Shown here in pieces: positions 18,173 to 28,068 of a stretch of DNA of 64,000 nucleotides (the first letter of the stretch is position 1; each line of letters starts with the position of its first letter). Below the pieces are notes generated by a model. It was not told the DNA's origin. It saw nothing but the letters and a program-made list of their open reading frames with translations, and did no database searches. The stretch spans positions 26,630-90,629 of the IMG/VR virus record IMGVR_UViG_3300029177_000001. One strand, written 5' to 3'. The position numbers and the translations under genes were made by a program. Source of the stretch: a virus.

Positions 18173-18601
18173 ATGATTAAAGAATTTTGCTTGGCATGGG
18201 AGAAAAATAAAGGAAAACTTGAGGAATATTTTAGAAATACAAAACAGGAAAAATACAATGTGTACAGAAATTTAGTTGAGCTGCTATTTGATATTGTTAT
18301 TAATCCTGAATTTGGAGGTTGGAATACTAACAAATTTGATACAAAAAATATTTTGACAATTGATGACGGAGATTATCAAGGAACAGAAATTTTTATTTTG
18401 CATAAGGATGTGTACCAGCCAGATATCGAAGATTATGTATATACAAATACATATTATGGTTCATGCAGCGGTTGTGATACTTTGTTATCAATTAACGAAT
18501 ACGAAGATGGATTACCAAGTGAGTCTCAGGTTAATGATTACATGGATCTATGTTTACATCTTTTACAGAGATGTCATTATATGATTGACGAGGAGAAATA
18601 A
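18173..18601 (+). CDS. hypothetical protein
   Basis: 142-aa ORF, RBS AAGGAGAATAAG. Confidence 0.45.
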   Translation: MIKEFCLAWEKNKGKLEEYFRNTKQEKYNVYRNLVELLFDIVINPEFGGWNTNKFDTKNILTIDDGDYQGTEIFILHKDVYQPDIEDYVYTNTYYGSCSGCDTLLSINEYEDGLPSESQVNDYMDLCLHLLQRCHYMIDEEK

Positions 18602-18608
18602 AGATTAT

Positions 18609-19034
18609 ATGAACACTGAATTTAATGAAGAAAAAGAGATTGAATTGATTAACAGTATTATACGAGAAGCTATTGTACATGGTTCTGATGAAGGAGGAGC
18701 ATATGAAATTAATGAAGATGGTCTTAGAGAATCAGTTTCAGAATGGCTTGAGTATCATGATTTGTCTGAAAAATATACATTAAGAGAATTTAGCGACGGA
18801 TGGAATGTTATGAAACTTTGTAGAAATTTTGAAACATTGACGGATATTAAAAATATGACAGATTTAAGGAAATGGGAACTATGGGTAAAATCTTTTGGAA
18901 TTAAATGTAGAATAGAAAATAATGATGCTCTTTCTTATAAATACTTATATGTGAACGGCATAAATTATTTGGTAAAAATTGTTTTTGATGGTGCAACAGA
19001 AATGTTCAAATATATCGACCAAGAAAATTATTAA
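18609..19034 (+). CDS. hypothetical protein
   Basis: RBS GAGGAGAAATAA before ATG 18609. Confidence 0.45.
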   Translation: MNTEFNEEKEIELINSIIREAIVHGSDEGGAYEINEDGLRESVSEWLEYHDLSEKYTLREFSDGWNVMKLCRNFETLTDIKNMTDLRKWELWVKSFGIKCRIENNDALSYKYLYVNGINYLVKIVFDGATEMFKYIDQENY

Positions 19035-19074
19035 ATAGAAATTAAATCAGAAAGGATAAAAAGAATAGGTAGAT

Positions 19075-19419
19075 ATGACGTTTGAAAAATTACAGCAAAT
19101 TATAGAAGAAAATAATATTCCAGATGACGCTCAGTTACAATGTTATAGTGAACGGGAATGTCACGAAATAGAGATGGATGGACTTTATTATGATTCTGAA
19201 GAAAATAGATTGATTTTTACACGACAGGGAACCGTGTATGATAGATGTTTTCAAGAAGAGTTTTGTATCTTAAACGGGCGTAATAAAAGATGTAAAAATT
19301 GCAAACATTTATTATATTCAGATTGCGATTTACCAGGAAGAAGGATTCTTGGTGATTATATTAATGACAGAGAAATAGAAATTAACGACACATCGGATTG
19401 TAAGGATTTTGATTGTTAG
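19075..19419 (+). CDS. Cys-rich hypothetical protein
   Basis: 114-aa ORF; multiple CxxC. Confidence 0.4.
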   Translation: MTFEKLQQIIEENNIPDDAQLQCYSERECHEIEMDGLYYDSEENRLIFTRQGTVYDRCFQEEFCILNGRNKRCKNCKHLLYSDCDLPGRRILGDYINDREIEINDTSDCKDFDC

Positions 19420-19454
19420 TAATGAAATGTCTGTTTCATGTAAAGGAGTAGAAA

Positions 19455-19808
19455 ATGAAAATAGAGAAAAATAAACTTGTAAAAGTGAATTATAGTAGCG
19501 AAGAATTTATCGGGAACCTTTTTATAAAAAATGTAGAAGGATTAATTTTAGATACAATAAGAGTTTATGGATATATGCACAATGAAAGAAATAAAATGGA
19601 AGAATGTCCATATAGCATAGACAAAAATGATATCAATATTATAACTACTATTACTCCAGGAGGACATTATGATAGATACATTTTAAAAGCAATGCGAGTA
19701 ATTAATGCAGATGTAGTTAGAATTGATGCAGATGATTATTTAGACATTGGAGCAGATATGAACGGTAATTATGAGTTCGTTTTGAATAGAGAAAATATTG
19801 AAGTTTGA
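19455..19808 (+). CDS. hypothetical protein
   Basis: RBS AAAGGAGTAG. Confidence 0.45.
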   Translation: MKIEKNKLVKVNYSSEEFIGNLFIKNVEGLILDTIRVYGYMHNERNKMEECPYSIDKNDINIITTITPGGHYDRYILKAMRVINADVVRIDADDYLDIGADMNGNYEFVLNRENIEV

Positions 19809-19811
19809 TTT

Positions 19812-20015
19812 ATGAAAATTATTAAACAAGGTGATTATATAACAGCTAATAGAATTATTAAATTTTCATGCCAAAATTGTGGTTGTGTATTTGAAGCGGG
19901 CAAGAATGAATATGCAGAATATTATGAATGCAAAAATAAAGTGCGTAAAGTACGCGCCATAATATTTTGTCCATGTTGTGGAAGAATGGTACATGGTTCA
20001 TATAACAAAAAGTAA
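19812..20015 (+). CDS. small zinc-ribbon protein
   Basis: CQNCGC...CPCCG. Confidence 0.4.
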   Translation: MKIIKQGDYITANRIIKFSCQNCGCVFEAGKNEYAEYYECKNKVRKVRAIIFCPCCGRMVHGSYNKK

Positions 20016-20071
20016 TATATAATATATCAACATTATGTTGATGAAGATATGAATTTAAAAGGAGCGTACAC

Positions 20072-20332
20072 ATGAATAGTTTTGAAAATATTTTTGGAGA
20101 TTACTTTGATGCATACAAAACTACATCCAGATATATGGATGATTCTAAGATGGAAATTATGTTTCGTCGTCAGGAATTTGAAAAGAATTTAGATGATATG
20201 TGGGCTAACTATAGCAAGGGTATAGTTGTGCAATTGGTTAATTATAATAAGCAGCTTGAGAGTATTAAGAGTTGTGGTTTAAAAGTATTAAGGAATTCAT
20301 CTGGACAACATAAGATCATTGTTCCGAAATAA
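20072..20332 (+). CDS. hypothetical protein
   Basis: RBS AAAGGAGCG. Confidence 0.4.
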   Translation: MNSFENIFGDYFDAYKTTSRYMDDSKMEIMFRRQEFEKNLDDMWANYSKGIVVQLVNYNKQLESIKSCGLKVLRNSSGQHKIIVPK

Positions 20333-20351
20333 AATACAATTTTTATTTTAG

Positions 20352-21491
20352 GTGGTGAGAAAAATTAAAGTATATAAAGATAAACAATATCTTGTTTTTG
20401 AATATGATGGAAAAATTGTTAAATATGATTTAGCAAATAAAGTAGGTATTGGTTTAAAGGGTAAACCAGTAAAAGGTTTGCAGCGACAACTTAAAGATAT
20501 AAAGATTAAAGATATTATTGAATCATGTGAAGACAAAAACTACTCAGAGTTTTTAAAATACATATATAAAAAATATAGTAAATATATATGCAATTCTGGA
20601 ACATTTCTTTCTATGATTAATGAAAACAAGCATTTAGAACAATTATTTTCTTCCGGTTTAAAAGCAAGTCAAATACCATATAAGTTTGATTATTCATTAA
20701 ATGATATTCCAAAGTCACTTATTAAAATTGCAAAAGAACGAGAAATAGAATTATCAGAATCATTAGTTAAGTATTGGAAACATAATATTGATGCTCATTA
20801 TATTGCGTTCCAAACAGAGTTTATTTCATTGACTGATAAAAATCTAATTGAACTTTTTACATATGAAAAAAATTTTGGAGATTATAGAATTCCAAACTAT
20901 CAATCCGTATTTAATTATTTGATTGATGTATATAATTACAACCCCAAATCTCTTCTTATGTACATTGATTCACTAATAACATATGAAGCAATAGATAGTA
21001 TTGGATATATAGCAAGAGAACTTTATGATTATGTGAAAATGATGAGTACGATCAGTAGTAAATTTGATAAATATCCAAGAAATTTTTTGACAACGCATAA
21101 AATTGCCTGTAGAAACTACAATCGTTTAAAGCAGGAGTTTTCAGAAGAACTGTTTAAGAAAAGAATCAGAACAGATTATGAGTGCGTATATAAAGGATAT
21201 CAATTTGTATATCCAAAATCTATACAAGAAATTAAAGACGAAGCTGTTCAACAACATAATTGCGTTGCTTCTTATATTGATGATGTTATCAATGGGAAAT
21301 GTCATATTCTATTTTTGAGAAAAAGAGATAGTTTAGATAAGAGTTTGGTAACTATTGAAGTAAATACATATACAGAAACTATTGTACAAGCCAAAGGAAA
21401 GTTTAATAGAGATACAACAGAAGAAGAGAATAAAGTAATAGAAGCATGGAATAAAAAGTTTTCAATTAAAAGAGAGGAGATGGCGGCATGA
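20352..21491 (+). CDS. hypothetical protein (379 aa)
   Basis: long ORF, RBS TTAGGTGGTGAG; conserved-looking C-terminal HNCVASYIDDV...CHILFLR. Confidence 0.5.
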   Translation: MVRKIKVYKDKQYLVFEYDGKIVKYDLANKVGIGLKGKPVKGLQRQLKDIKIKDIIESCEDKNYSEFLKYIYKKYSKYICNSGTFLSMINENKHLEQLFSSGLKASQIPYKFDYSLNDIPKSLIKIAKEREIELSESLVKYWKHNIDAHYIAFQTEFISLTDKNLIELFTYEKNFGDYRIPNYQSVFNYLIDVYNYNPKSLLMYIDSLITYEAIDSIGYIARELYDYVKMMSTISSKFDKYPRNFLTTHKIACRNYNRLKQEFSEELFKKRIRTDYECVYKGYQFVYPKSIQEIKDEAVQQHNCVASYIDDVINGKCHILFLRKRDSLDKSLVTIEVNTYTETIVQAKGKFNRDTTEEENKVIEAWNKKFSIKREEMAA

Positions 21492-21943
21492 TTAAAGGAG
21501 ATAAGATAAAACTGGTAAAAAAGATGGGAATGTTTGATAACATTGGAGAAATCTGTGAAGTTATTAATGTAGATGAAAATGGAGTTATTAGTTTTAGGTT
21601 CGGTATAAATGGAATACATTTAGGATGTATGTCTTATAACGAATTTGAAAAATATTTTGAATTAGTTCAGGAGACAAAACGTGAATGGAGTTCTTGGAAA
21701 ACTGAAAGATTGTTTTATGAGAATTTAAATGGAGATCATATTTCAACAACTATTTATTACAGACATAATGGTAAAAAAATTAGAGTTAAAGGTCTTTGTG
21801 AAGATGGCACATTTGTTAGTGCAGAATCATCTTGTCATAGTGAAGATAAATTCAATTTAGACAGAGGACTAAAATTAGCAGAATATAGATTAGTAGTTAA
21901 ATTATTACAAAAAGAAGTAGAAGATTTTGCAAAGACAATGTAA
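21488..21943 (+). CDS. hypothetical protein
   Basis: 151-aa ORF, ATGA overlap. Confidence 0.45.
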   Translation: MIKGDKIKLVKKMGMFDNIGEICEVINVDENGVISFRFGINGIHLGCMSYNEFEKYFELVQETKREWSSWKTERLFYENLNGDHISTTIYYRHNGKKIRVKGLCEDGTFVSAESSCHSEDKFNLDRGLKLAEYRLVVKLLQKEVEDFAKTM

Positions 21944-21971
21944 AGAATTGTTTTGGTTTTGAGCTATTAAA

Positions 21972-22352
21972 ATGGTAGAAATTTTAGCAGAAACAGAATA
22001 TCAGGATTTATATAGGATTACAGATGGTGTGTTGCTTGTTGTAAATAAATTTAAACCGATTGATTATGGGGAAGACAAGTATGTTTCGCTGTATGATCCA
22101 AAGGTTAAATCGTATAACAAAGGATGTCAGAAACGATTAAAAATTCTAAAAGAAGATTATTATAAACAGTACGATGATATAACAGTACCTAAAGGAACTG
22201 TATTGTATTATGAAAGACCTGTTGAATTGGCGGATAAATCTGAATGGAATTATCAAGTTAAGACAACAGGCGAATCATTAAGTGGTGATTTTGATGAAGT
22301 TACAGAATTACTAAATGAAATTCTGAAAAAGATAAATAGCAACAGAGAATAA
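21972..22352 (+). CDS. hypothetical protein
   Basis: 126-aa ORF. Confidence 0.45.
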   Translation: MVEILAETEYQDLYRITDGVLLVVNKFKPIDYGEDKYVSLYDPKVKSYNKGCQKRLKILKEDYYKQYDDITVPKGTVLYYERPVELADKSEWNYQVKTTGESLSGDFDEVTELLNEILKKINSNRE

Positions 22353-22470
22353 TTTTTTGACGGTCATGAACGTCGATTGAAATATATTTTTCATTTGAAT
22401 GAGATCAGTTGCAAATGGTCTTATTACATAGATATTTAAGAAAGGATAAATGAGCAATCCTAGGTAGAAT

Positions 22471-22497
22471 GTGTGTACACACCTCTTATATAGAGGT
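22471..22497 (+). promoter_or_regulatory. tandem palindromes immediately upstream of the MTase start (putative operator)
   Basis: perfect 10-bp palindrome TGTGTACACA plus imperfect CCTCTTATATAGAGG, ending 3 nt before the start codon. Confidence 0.3.
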
Positions 22498-22499
22498 AA

Positions 22500-24335
22500 A
22501 TGGTAGAAAATAAAGATAAAAAATATAATTCAGATAAACATTGGGAACTTGTAAATTTTTGTGAATTTGATAAGTATGCAACAAAAAGCTACTGTGCAAT
22601 TCACGATGTAGATGAAAGTAAAAATCTTGGTGATATCACAAAGGTCGATGAAACTGAATTAGATGATTTTAATATGATTTGTGGAGGATCACCGTGCCAG
22701 GATTTCAGCGTGGCAGGAAAACAAAAGGGGTCTGTATGGACTTGTAAAGATTGTGGACATGAATATAATCCATTAACAGTTCATTGGAGTAAAAGAGATT
22801 GTTGTCCGAATTGTAAAAGCGAAAATATTGAAAAAACAAGATCATCTCTTCTTGTAGAATATTTACGAGTAGTTAGAGCAAATAAACCTAATTTTGGAAT
22901 TTATGAGAATGTAAAAAATATTGTTGGGAAACAGTTTAAAGATACAACTTTTAAATTATTTACTGATGAATTAGAGGAATATGGATATAACGTATATTGG
23001 AAGGTTTTGAATGCTAAAAATTATGGAATTCCACAGAACAGAGAACGTGTATATCTATTATTTATTAAAAAGGATTTGGATAATGGTAAGTTTGAATTTC
23101 CGGAACCTTTTGATAATGGTCTGAGATTGAAAGATTTATTAGAAGATAAAGTTGATGAGAAGTTTTATATTTCTGATGAGAAAGTTAATAGATTTATTAC
23201 AAATTTAAATGACAAAAATTCTTTATTATATGATCCATGCCAAGTAAAAAGAGAAGGAAAGAGCAGAGAATATTCTGAATATGCACCAACATTAACTTCG
23301 AGAGATTATAAAGATCCAAGATTAGTAAATGAAAATGTTGTAAGACAAGTTGGAAATATTTCCGATTGTAATGGAGCATGGGACAATCCGCAAGTAGGGA
23401 GAGTTTATGATGTAAGTGGTTGCAGTCCAACATTGAATACATGCAGTGGTGGTGGTCATGAACCGAAGGTTATTACAGGAATTGATAAGTCATATAACAA
23501 TCCAAAATTCATTGAAACAGCTAATTGTATTACTTCACGAGAAGATCGTGGTGTTTCAAATAGGGAATCCGAAGGTACAGCAGTTTTAGAAACTCCAAAT
23601 ATTAGTTATTGTTTGGATTCTAACTATTACAAAGGAACAACAATAGAACAATATATGAATAAACATCGTAGACAATTGATAGTCGAAAATAATAAAGTTG
23701 CAATCAGACAAGCCACTAAGCAAGGTTATATCGAATGTGAAGTAGGTGGAGTTGCAGATTTGTCTTATCCAGACAGTAAAACTAGAAGAGGCCGAGTACA
23801 GGATAATGGGAATACATGTCCGACAATTACTGCAACAGAAACAGGCATTTGTAGAATTGAGCCTAAAGAAAGATTTTTTAAACAAGCACTTGAAACTTTA
23901 AATGAAAATGATTGTAACTCTGGAGATACAATTAATGCATTTAATAAACATGTAGATAAAAGTGGGTATTCTCCTACATTAACAACAAGACCAGAAGGAT
24001 TTAAAACAGCAATTCTACCAGTTACAGATGATATTAGAATTCGTAAGCTAACTCCAAAAGAGTGTTTCAGGCTCATGGGATTTTCTGATGAAAATTTCGA
24101 TGCAGCACAGAAAGCAGGAGTTTCAAATAGTCAATTATATAAACAGGCAGGTAATTCAATTGTGGTAGATGTTCTTTATTACATATATGTAGAGTTATAT
24201 AAAGCTATGCCTTATTTGTTTGATGATCTGAAATTAAGTAGTTTCTTTTCAGGAATTGGCGCTTTTGAGATTGCGCTTGATAAATTATATAAAGGTATCA
24301 ATTCCGGAAATTTTATCAATCCACAGACAGAGTAA
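22500..24335 (+). CDS. multispecific cytosine-C5 DNA methyltransferase (SPR/SPbeta-type), apparently circularly permuted with motif I at the C-terminus
   Basis: motif II (ELVNFCEFDKYATKSYCAIH), III, IV (GGSPCQDFSVAG), VI (ENV), VIII (QNRERVY), four PTLT-type TRD repeats (APTLTS, SPTLNT, CPTITA, SPTLTT), IX (RKLTPKECFRLMGF), X (GNSIVVDV), then motif I (FFSGIGAFEIAL) at residues ~585-596; Cys4 insertion after motif IV. Confidence 0.85.
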   Translation: MVENKDKKYNSDKHWELVNFCEFDKYATKSYCAIHDVDESKNLGDITKVDETELDDFNMICGGSPCQDFSVAGKQKGSVWTCKDCGHEYNPLTVHWSKRDCCPNCKSENIEKTRSSLLVEYLRVVRANKPNFGIYENVKNIVGKQFKDTTFKLFTDELEEYGYNVYWKVLNAKNYGIPQNRERVYLLFIKKDLDNGKFEFPEPFDNGLRLKDLLEDKVDEKFYISDEKVNRFITNLNDKNSLLYDPCQVKREGKSREYSEYAPTLTSRDYKDPRLVNENVVRQVGNISDCNGAWDNPQVGRVYDVSGCSPTLNTCSGGGHEPKVITGIDKSYNNPKFIETANCITSREDRGVSNRESEGTAVLETPNISYCLDSNYYKGTTIEQYMNKHRRQLIVENNKVAIRQATKQGYIECEVGGVADLSYPDSKTRRGRVQDNGNTCPTITATETGICRIEPKERFFKQALETLNENDCNSGDTINAFNKHVDKSGYSPTLTTRPEGFKTAILPVTDDIRIRKLTPKECFRLMGFSDENFDAAQKAGVSNSQLYKQAGNSIVVDVLYYIYVELYKAMPYLFDDLKLSSFFSGIGAFEIALDKLYKGINSGNFINPQTE

Positions 24336-24562
24336 AATCTGTTTGTGGGAAAGAATATTTCTGTCTGAAGTATCAGAGAACTGAATATGCAAAAAAGATT
24401 AGAAAAGAATACGAAACAGGTAAAATAAAAGAACGTAGATGCAATATGAGAGAATATACATTTAGGACAGATGGATGTAGCAATACAATAACAACAGTTC
24501 AAAAAGATAATTATATTGCAGAGATAAATAATTGAAACTCACGTTTCAAATGGAGAAATAAA

Positions 24563-25054
24563 ATGAAAACAAGATTGATTGATGCAGATAAGTTGGTTGA
24601 TTCGTTAAGAGCAAGTATGAATCATGGACGCGAAACATTTCCAGTAGATCTTATTGTTGAAGCGATTGATGAGCAACCAACTATTAAATATATAGAACAA
24701 ATATCCAGAGATGATATAGAGGATATATGTTTTAAATTAACATGTTATTACATAGCAACAACAGAACTATATGATAGATCATTGACTGATGAAAGAAGAG
24801 TAGAAGACAATACTGAGGCGTTTACATATTCAGATCCTAGAATCAGACGACTGTCTAATAAAAACGCTATTCTTACATATAAAATGATACAAACAATTGC
24901 AGAGTATAAATTTGGAATATCACGACTTGTCTTTAATAGAAGCTATAAAGAACAATTGAAAAGATGTGGCAATTTATCCGCACAGTGGTGGATAGATAAA
25001 TATAATTTTCTCTGTGAAAATGGTGAAATGGATTTTATTGAGGAGTGTTTATGA
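24563..25054 (+). CDS. hypothetical protein
   Basis: 163-aa ORF, RBS AATGGAGAAATAAA. Confidence 0.45.
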   Translation: MKTRLIDADKLVDSLRASMNHGRETFPVDLIVEAIDEQPTIKYIEQISRDDIEDICFKLTCYYIATTELYDRSLTDERRVEDNTEAFTYSDPRIRRLSNKNAILTYKMIQTIAEYKFGISRLVFNRSYKEQLKRCGNLSAQWWIDKYNFLCENGEMDFIEECL

Positions 25055-25230
25055 GCGATAAAAGCATGTCTGAATACTTTAGTAAAATGCGAAGAGAAAG
25101 ATATGAAGAGCAAAATTGCGAAAATAAAAATACTAAAAAAGAACAACTTATACAAGCGTTAGTAAAAGAATTAGGTTCATCAAAGGACAGAGAAAAGAGA
25201 ATCAGAAGAATTGTAAATAAATATTTGTGA
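25045..25230 (+). CDS. small basic protein
   Basis: 61-aa ORF overlapping upstream stop. Confidence 0.35.
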   Translation: MFMSDKSMSEYFSKMRRERYEEQNCENKNTKKEQLIQALVKELGSSKDREKRIRRIVNKYL

Positions 25231-25257
25231 AGATGAGGTTATTATGAGGTGAAAATT

Positions 25258-25647
25258 ATGAGTCAGTGGACACATGTAAATGCAATTTTTAGATTAGATA
25301 GTATTGGTAAAATACCAGATGAAGAAATTATTAATATTTTTGGAAAACAAGTTGATTACAGGGATATGAGCAATATTGAATATGATGAGAATTATGAAGT
25401 AAAAGATAAAGATAAATATCTTCCAATGGGATCAGAAGGAACATTGGAAATGAGTATTTGGCATAATCCGGACAAATCATGTATGGCTTCAACAACTGTG
25501 TCAGTATTTGGTGATTTGAGAAATTATGGAAGCTTTGATGAAATTGAGAAATGGTTTAATAAGTGCTGTAATAGATTTTTTGTAAGACAAGCAGTTTGCC
25601 AAGTTGAAGTCGAAGGAATTGGAATAAAGATATTTCAAAATAAGTAA
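25258..25647 (+). CDS. hypothetical protein
   Basis: RBS TGAGGTGAAAATT before ATG 25258. Confidence 0.45.
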   Translation: MSQWTHVNAIFRLDSIGKIPDEEIINIFGKQVDYRDMSNIEYDENYEVKDKDKYLPMGSEGTLEMSIWHNPDKSCMASTTVSVFGDLRNYGSFDEIEKWFNKCCNRFFVRQAVCQVEVEGIGIKIFQNK

Positions 25648-25665
25648 TGGAGATGTAGTAAAACA

Positions 25666-25986
25666 ATGAACGAGGATTTTAAAAAAATGTTTGATAAAAA
25701 ATGGGCTGTTGTTGGATTTGATTATTATAGAGCAATTGATATTATGTCAGAAATTGAAAAAGTATGTAGTAAAACTGTTTCTAAAAGAATCAAGAGTAGT
25801 AATGTACCAACATTAACAACAGAATTTAGAGATGGTACTAAGTTATTCTGGTTAATAGCATCAGAACAAGCCATAGGATTTAGATTTGGTAAAATGTGGT
25901 GTGATAAAAGGATTAATAAAGAATTTTTTAATACAGTAATCATGTCATGTTATACAGGAAAATATGAAGATATTATTTGGATGTAA
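25666..25986 (+). CDS. hypothetical protein
   Basis: 106-aa ORF. Confidence 0.45.
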   Translation: MNEDFKKMFDKKWAVVGFDYYRAIDIMSEIEKVCSKTVSKRIKSSNVPTLTTEFRDGTKLFWLIASEQAIGFRFGKMWCDKRINKEFFNTVIMSCYTGKYEDIIWM

Positions 25987-26030
25987 GAAGATGATTGAAA
26001 GAATAGTTTCGTTCAAAATGAGGTGATGGT

Positions 26031-26546
26031 ATGACAGATTATCAGAGGCAGTTAGTAACTGACAATCATAATTTGATCTATAGATTTTTACAGAAAGAAA
26101 AATTAAATATGGAAGATTGGTATGATTTGGCTGCAATTGGAATGTGTAAAGCAGCGAAAACATTTAATGAAGGAGCGTCCAAATTTTCTACATATGCATT
26201 CAAATGTATGTTTAATGAAGTGTACAGCGAAAAAAGAAAAGAATTAAATAAGAGAACAATTCCAGAAGACAAGATCCTTTATTACAACACTGAGTATGAG
26301 GATGGATCTGGAAATAAAGTAGAATTTATTGAAAAAATACAATCGGATTACAACGTTGAGAGCGACTGTATTCGTAAAGTTACTTTAAAAAATGCATTTA
26401 ATAATATGAAAGAAAAACATAAACCTATCATCTCATTATTTTTACAAGGATATAAACAAGTAGAAATAATGAAAATTGCTGGATGTTCTCAGCCACAAGT
26501 TTCGAGAGTTATGAAAAGATTTGTAGATGAATATGTGAGATGTTAA
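26031..26546 (+). CDS. sigma-70 family RNA polymerase sigma factor (compact, regions 2 and 4)
   Basis: region 2 (DLAAIGMCKAAKTFNEGASKFSTYAFKCMFNEV) and region 4.2 HTH (QVEIMKIAGCSQPQVSRVMKR). Confidence 0.65.
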   Translation: MTDYQRQLVTDNHNLIYRFLQKEKLNMEDWYDLAAIGMCKAAKTFNEGASKFSTYAFKCMFNEVYSEKRKELNKRTIPEDKILYYNTEYEDGSGNKVEFIEKIQSDYNVESDCIRKVTLKNAFNNMKEKHKPIISLFLQGYKQVEIMKIAGCSQPQVSRVMKRFVDEYVRC

Positions 26547-26564
26547 GATAGGGAGAATCAATTT

Positions 26565-27125
26565 ATGCCAATAGTAAGAAGTGTAGATGGTGTACATATT
26601 GAATATACAATACCATCTAATATTAAGAATTTGATTACAGATGATTTTTTGAATGAATTTTTATATCAACTTATTCGAATTACTGGAATATCACCGTATG
26701 ACTTCGCAGATGAAGGAATAGAATATCTGTCAGGAACCTGTGGTTGGGATGCTGCATTTGGAAAGGCTTGTATTAACACGAAAAATAAGAAATTATTTGA
26801 CTATAGAAATTCATTGGAATGGTATGATTCAGACATTTTTGATTCAGAAATAATCTGTGTTCTAATTGATAGAGAATTCATCTTAGGATATAAGACCGAT
26901 ATTATCAAGAAAGAGCTTGATGTTGAGTATGAAGATGTGGATGTGTGTGATAAATGTGGAAAGCTAATGAGAAGAGATCTACTTATTAAAAACGGAGAAG
27001 AATATATATGTCCACATTGTAAAGATGTAGATAATGGTGATACATATGGGAATGGCACATCTGATTATTATAGAGAAATATGCATAGAAGTAGATGAATA
27101 TTATAGGAGAACCAAAGATGAGTAA
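26565..27125 (+). CDS. hypothetical protein with C-terminal zinc ribbon
   Basis: CDKCGK...CPHCKD. Confidence 0.45.
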   Translation: MPIVRSVDGVHIEYTIPSNIKNLITDDFLNEFLYQLIRITGISPYDFADEGIEYLSGTCGWDAAFGKACINTKNKKLFDYRNSLEWYDSDIFDSEIICVLIDREFILGYKTDIIKKELDVEYEDVDVCDKCGKLMRRDLLIKNGEEYICPHCKDVDNGDTYGNGTSDYYREICIEVDEYYRRTKDE

Positions 27126-27489
27126 TAATCGATTATGTGATGAGCACTTTTTAAATCGAGGATACAAAAAATACGACAAAACACAATTCCAGAGATCAGA
27201 TATATATTTGTATAATTTTCAAAAAAGATTTGATGATGAAAAAGGCAAGAAATATTTTATTGATGTACACAAAATATCGAACGAATGGATGTCGGAACAC
27301 GATAAAAGTAAAGAGTGGTACAAGCCGTTTCAATATACATATTCTTGTCAGTTATATAAGAAAGATACTCATGCACCTGTAAATATGGAATTCTTTTCAG
27401 ATTGGACGATTGAACAGGTAGAGAAGTTTGTTGAAAAACTATTTCAGGATGGGGAATTGGATTATTACGAAAGATGGGATGAAGAGTGA
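27118..27489 (+). CDS. hypothetical protein
   Basis: RBS AGGAGAACC before ATG 27118. Confidence 0.45.
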   Translation: MSNNRLCDEHFLNRGYKKYDKTQFQRSDIYLYNFQKRFDDEKGKKYFIDVHKISNEWMSEHDKSKEWYKPFQYTYSCQLYKKDTHAPVNMEFFSDWTIEQVEKFVEKLFQDGELDYYERWDEE

Positions 27490-27776
27490 ATAAATATTGT
27501 GCAAGCAAGGATGGGTATATAGTTTTTGAAGATGGAGGGATAAATCCAATGTGTTATGGCGCTTCCGAAAGGTGGTTCCAGGATTACGATAAGGCAATGG
27601 AGTATGCAATAGGTATTGTATTAAAAAGAGTCAACGAATTCAAAGATCGTATAGATTATAACTCCGTTGTAGTTTATGAGGGAAGCGAAGAACATTTGAA
27701 GTCAAATTCTGTTTCTGAAAGAAGAAGGACAATCTTTCAATGGAATAATTATGGAATGAATGTGGGTAATAAATAA
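27486..27776 (+). CDS. hypothetical protein
   Basis: 96-aa ORF, ATGA overlap. Confidence 0.4.
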   Translation: MNKYCASKDGYIVFEDGGINPMCYGASERWFQDYDKAMEYAIGIVLKRVNEFKDRIDYNSVVVYEGSEEHLKSNSVSERRRTIFQWNNYGMNVGNK

Positions 27777-27791
27777 AGCGAGGTGTGAATA

Positions 27792-28061
27792 ATGAGAAAA
27801 TTATCTGAAGAAAATTTCGATACAATTAGACAATATAGCAAAAATTTGAGTGAATTATATTTGATGGTAGAAAATGGATGTCAATCAGATATTACTGTTG
27901 CTGATATGACAGAATGTATGGAGTGTATTTGTTCATTGATAAAAACAAATACAATGGCTAATACGTCTTCTGATATGCATAAAAAAGATATTGAAATATT
28001 ACGTGAGATTATTTGTGATCAAGCAATTAAGCTTCAGAAACAGAAGAAAGAAATGGAGTGA
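27792..28061 (+). CDS. hypothetical protein
   Basis: RBS AGCGAGGTGTGAATA. Confidence 0.4.
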   Translation: MRKLSEENFDTIRQYSKNLSELYLMVENGCQSDITVADMTECMECICSLIKTNTMANTSSDMHKKDIEILREIICDQAIKLQKQKKEME

Positions 28062-28068
28062 TTGAAAC

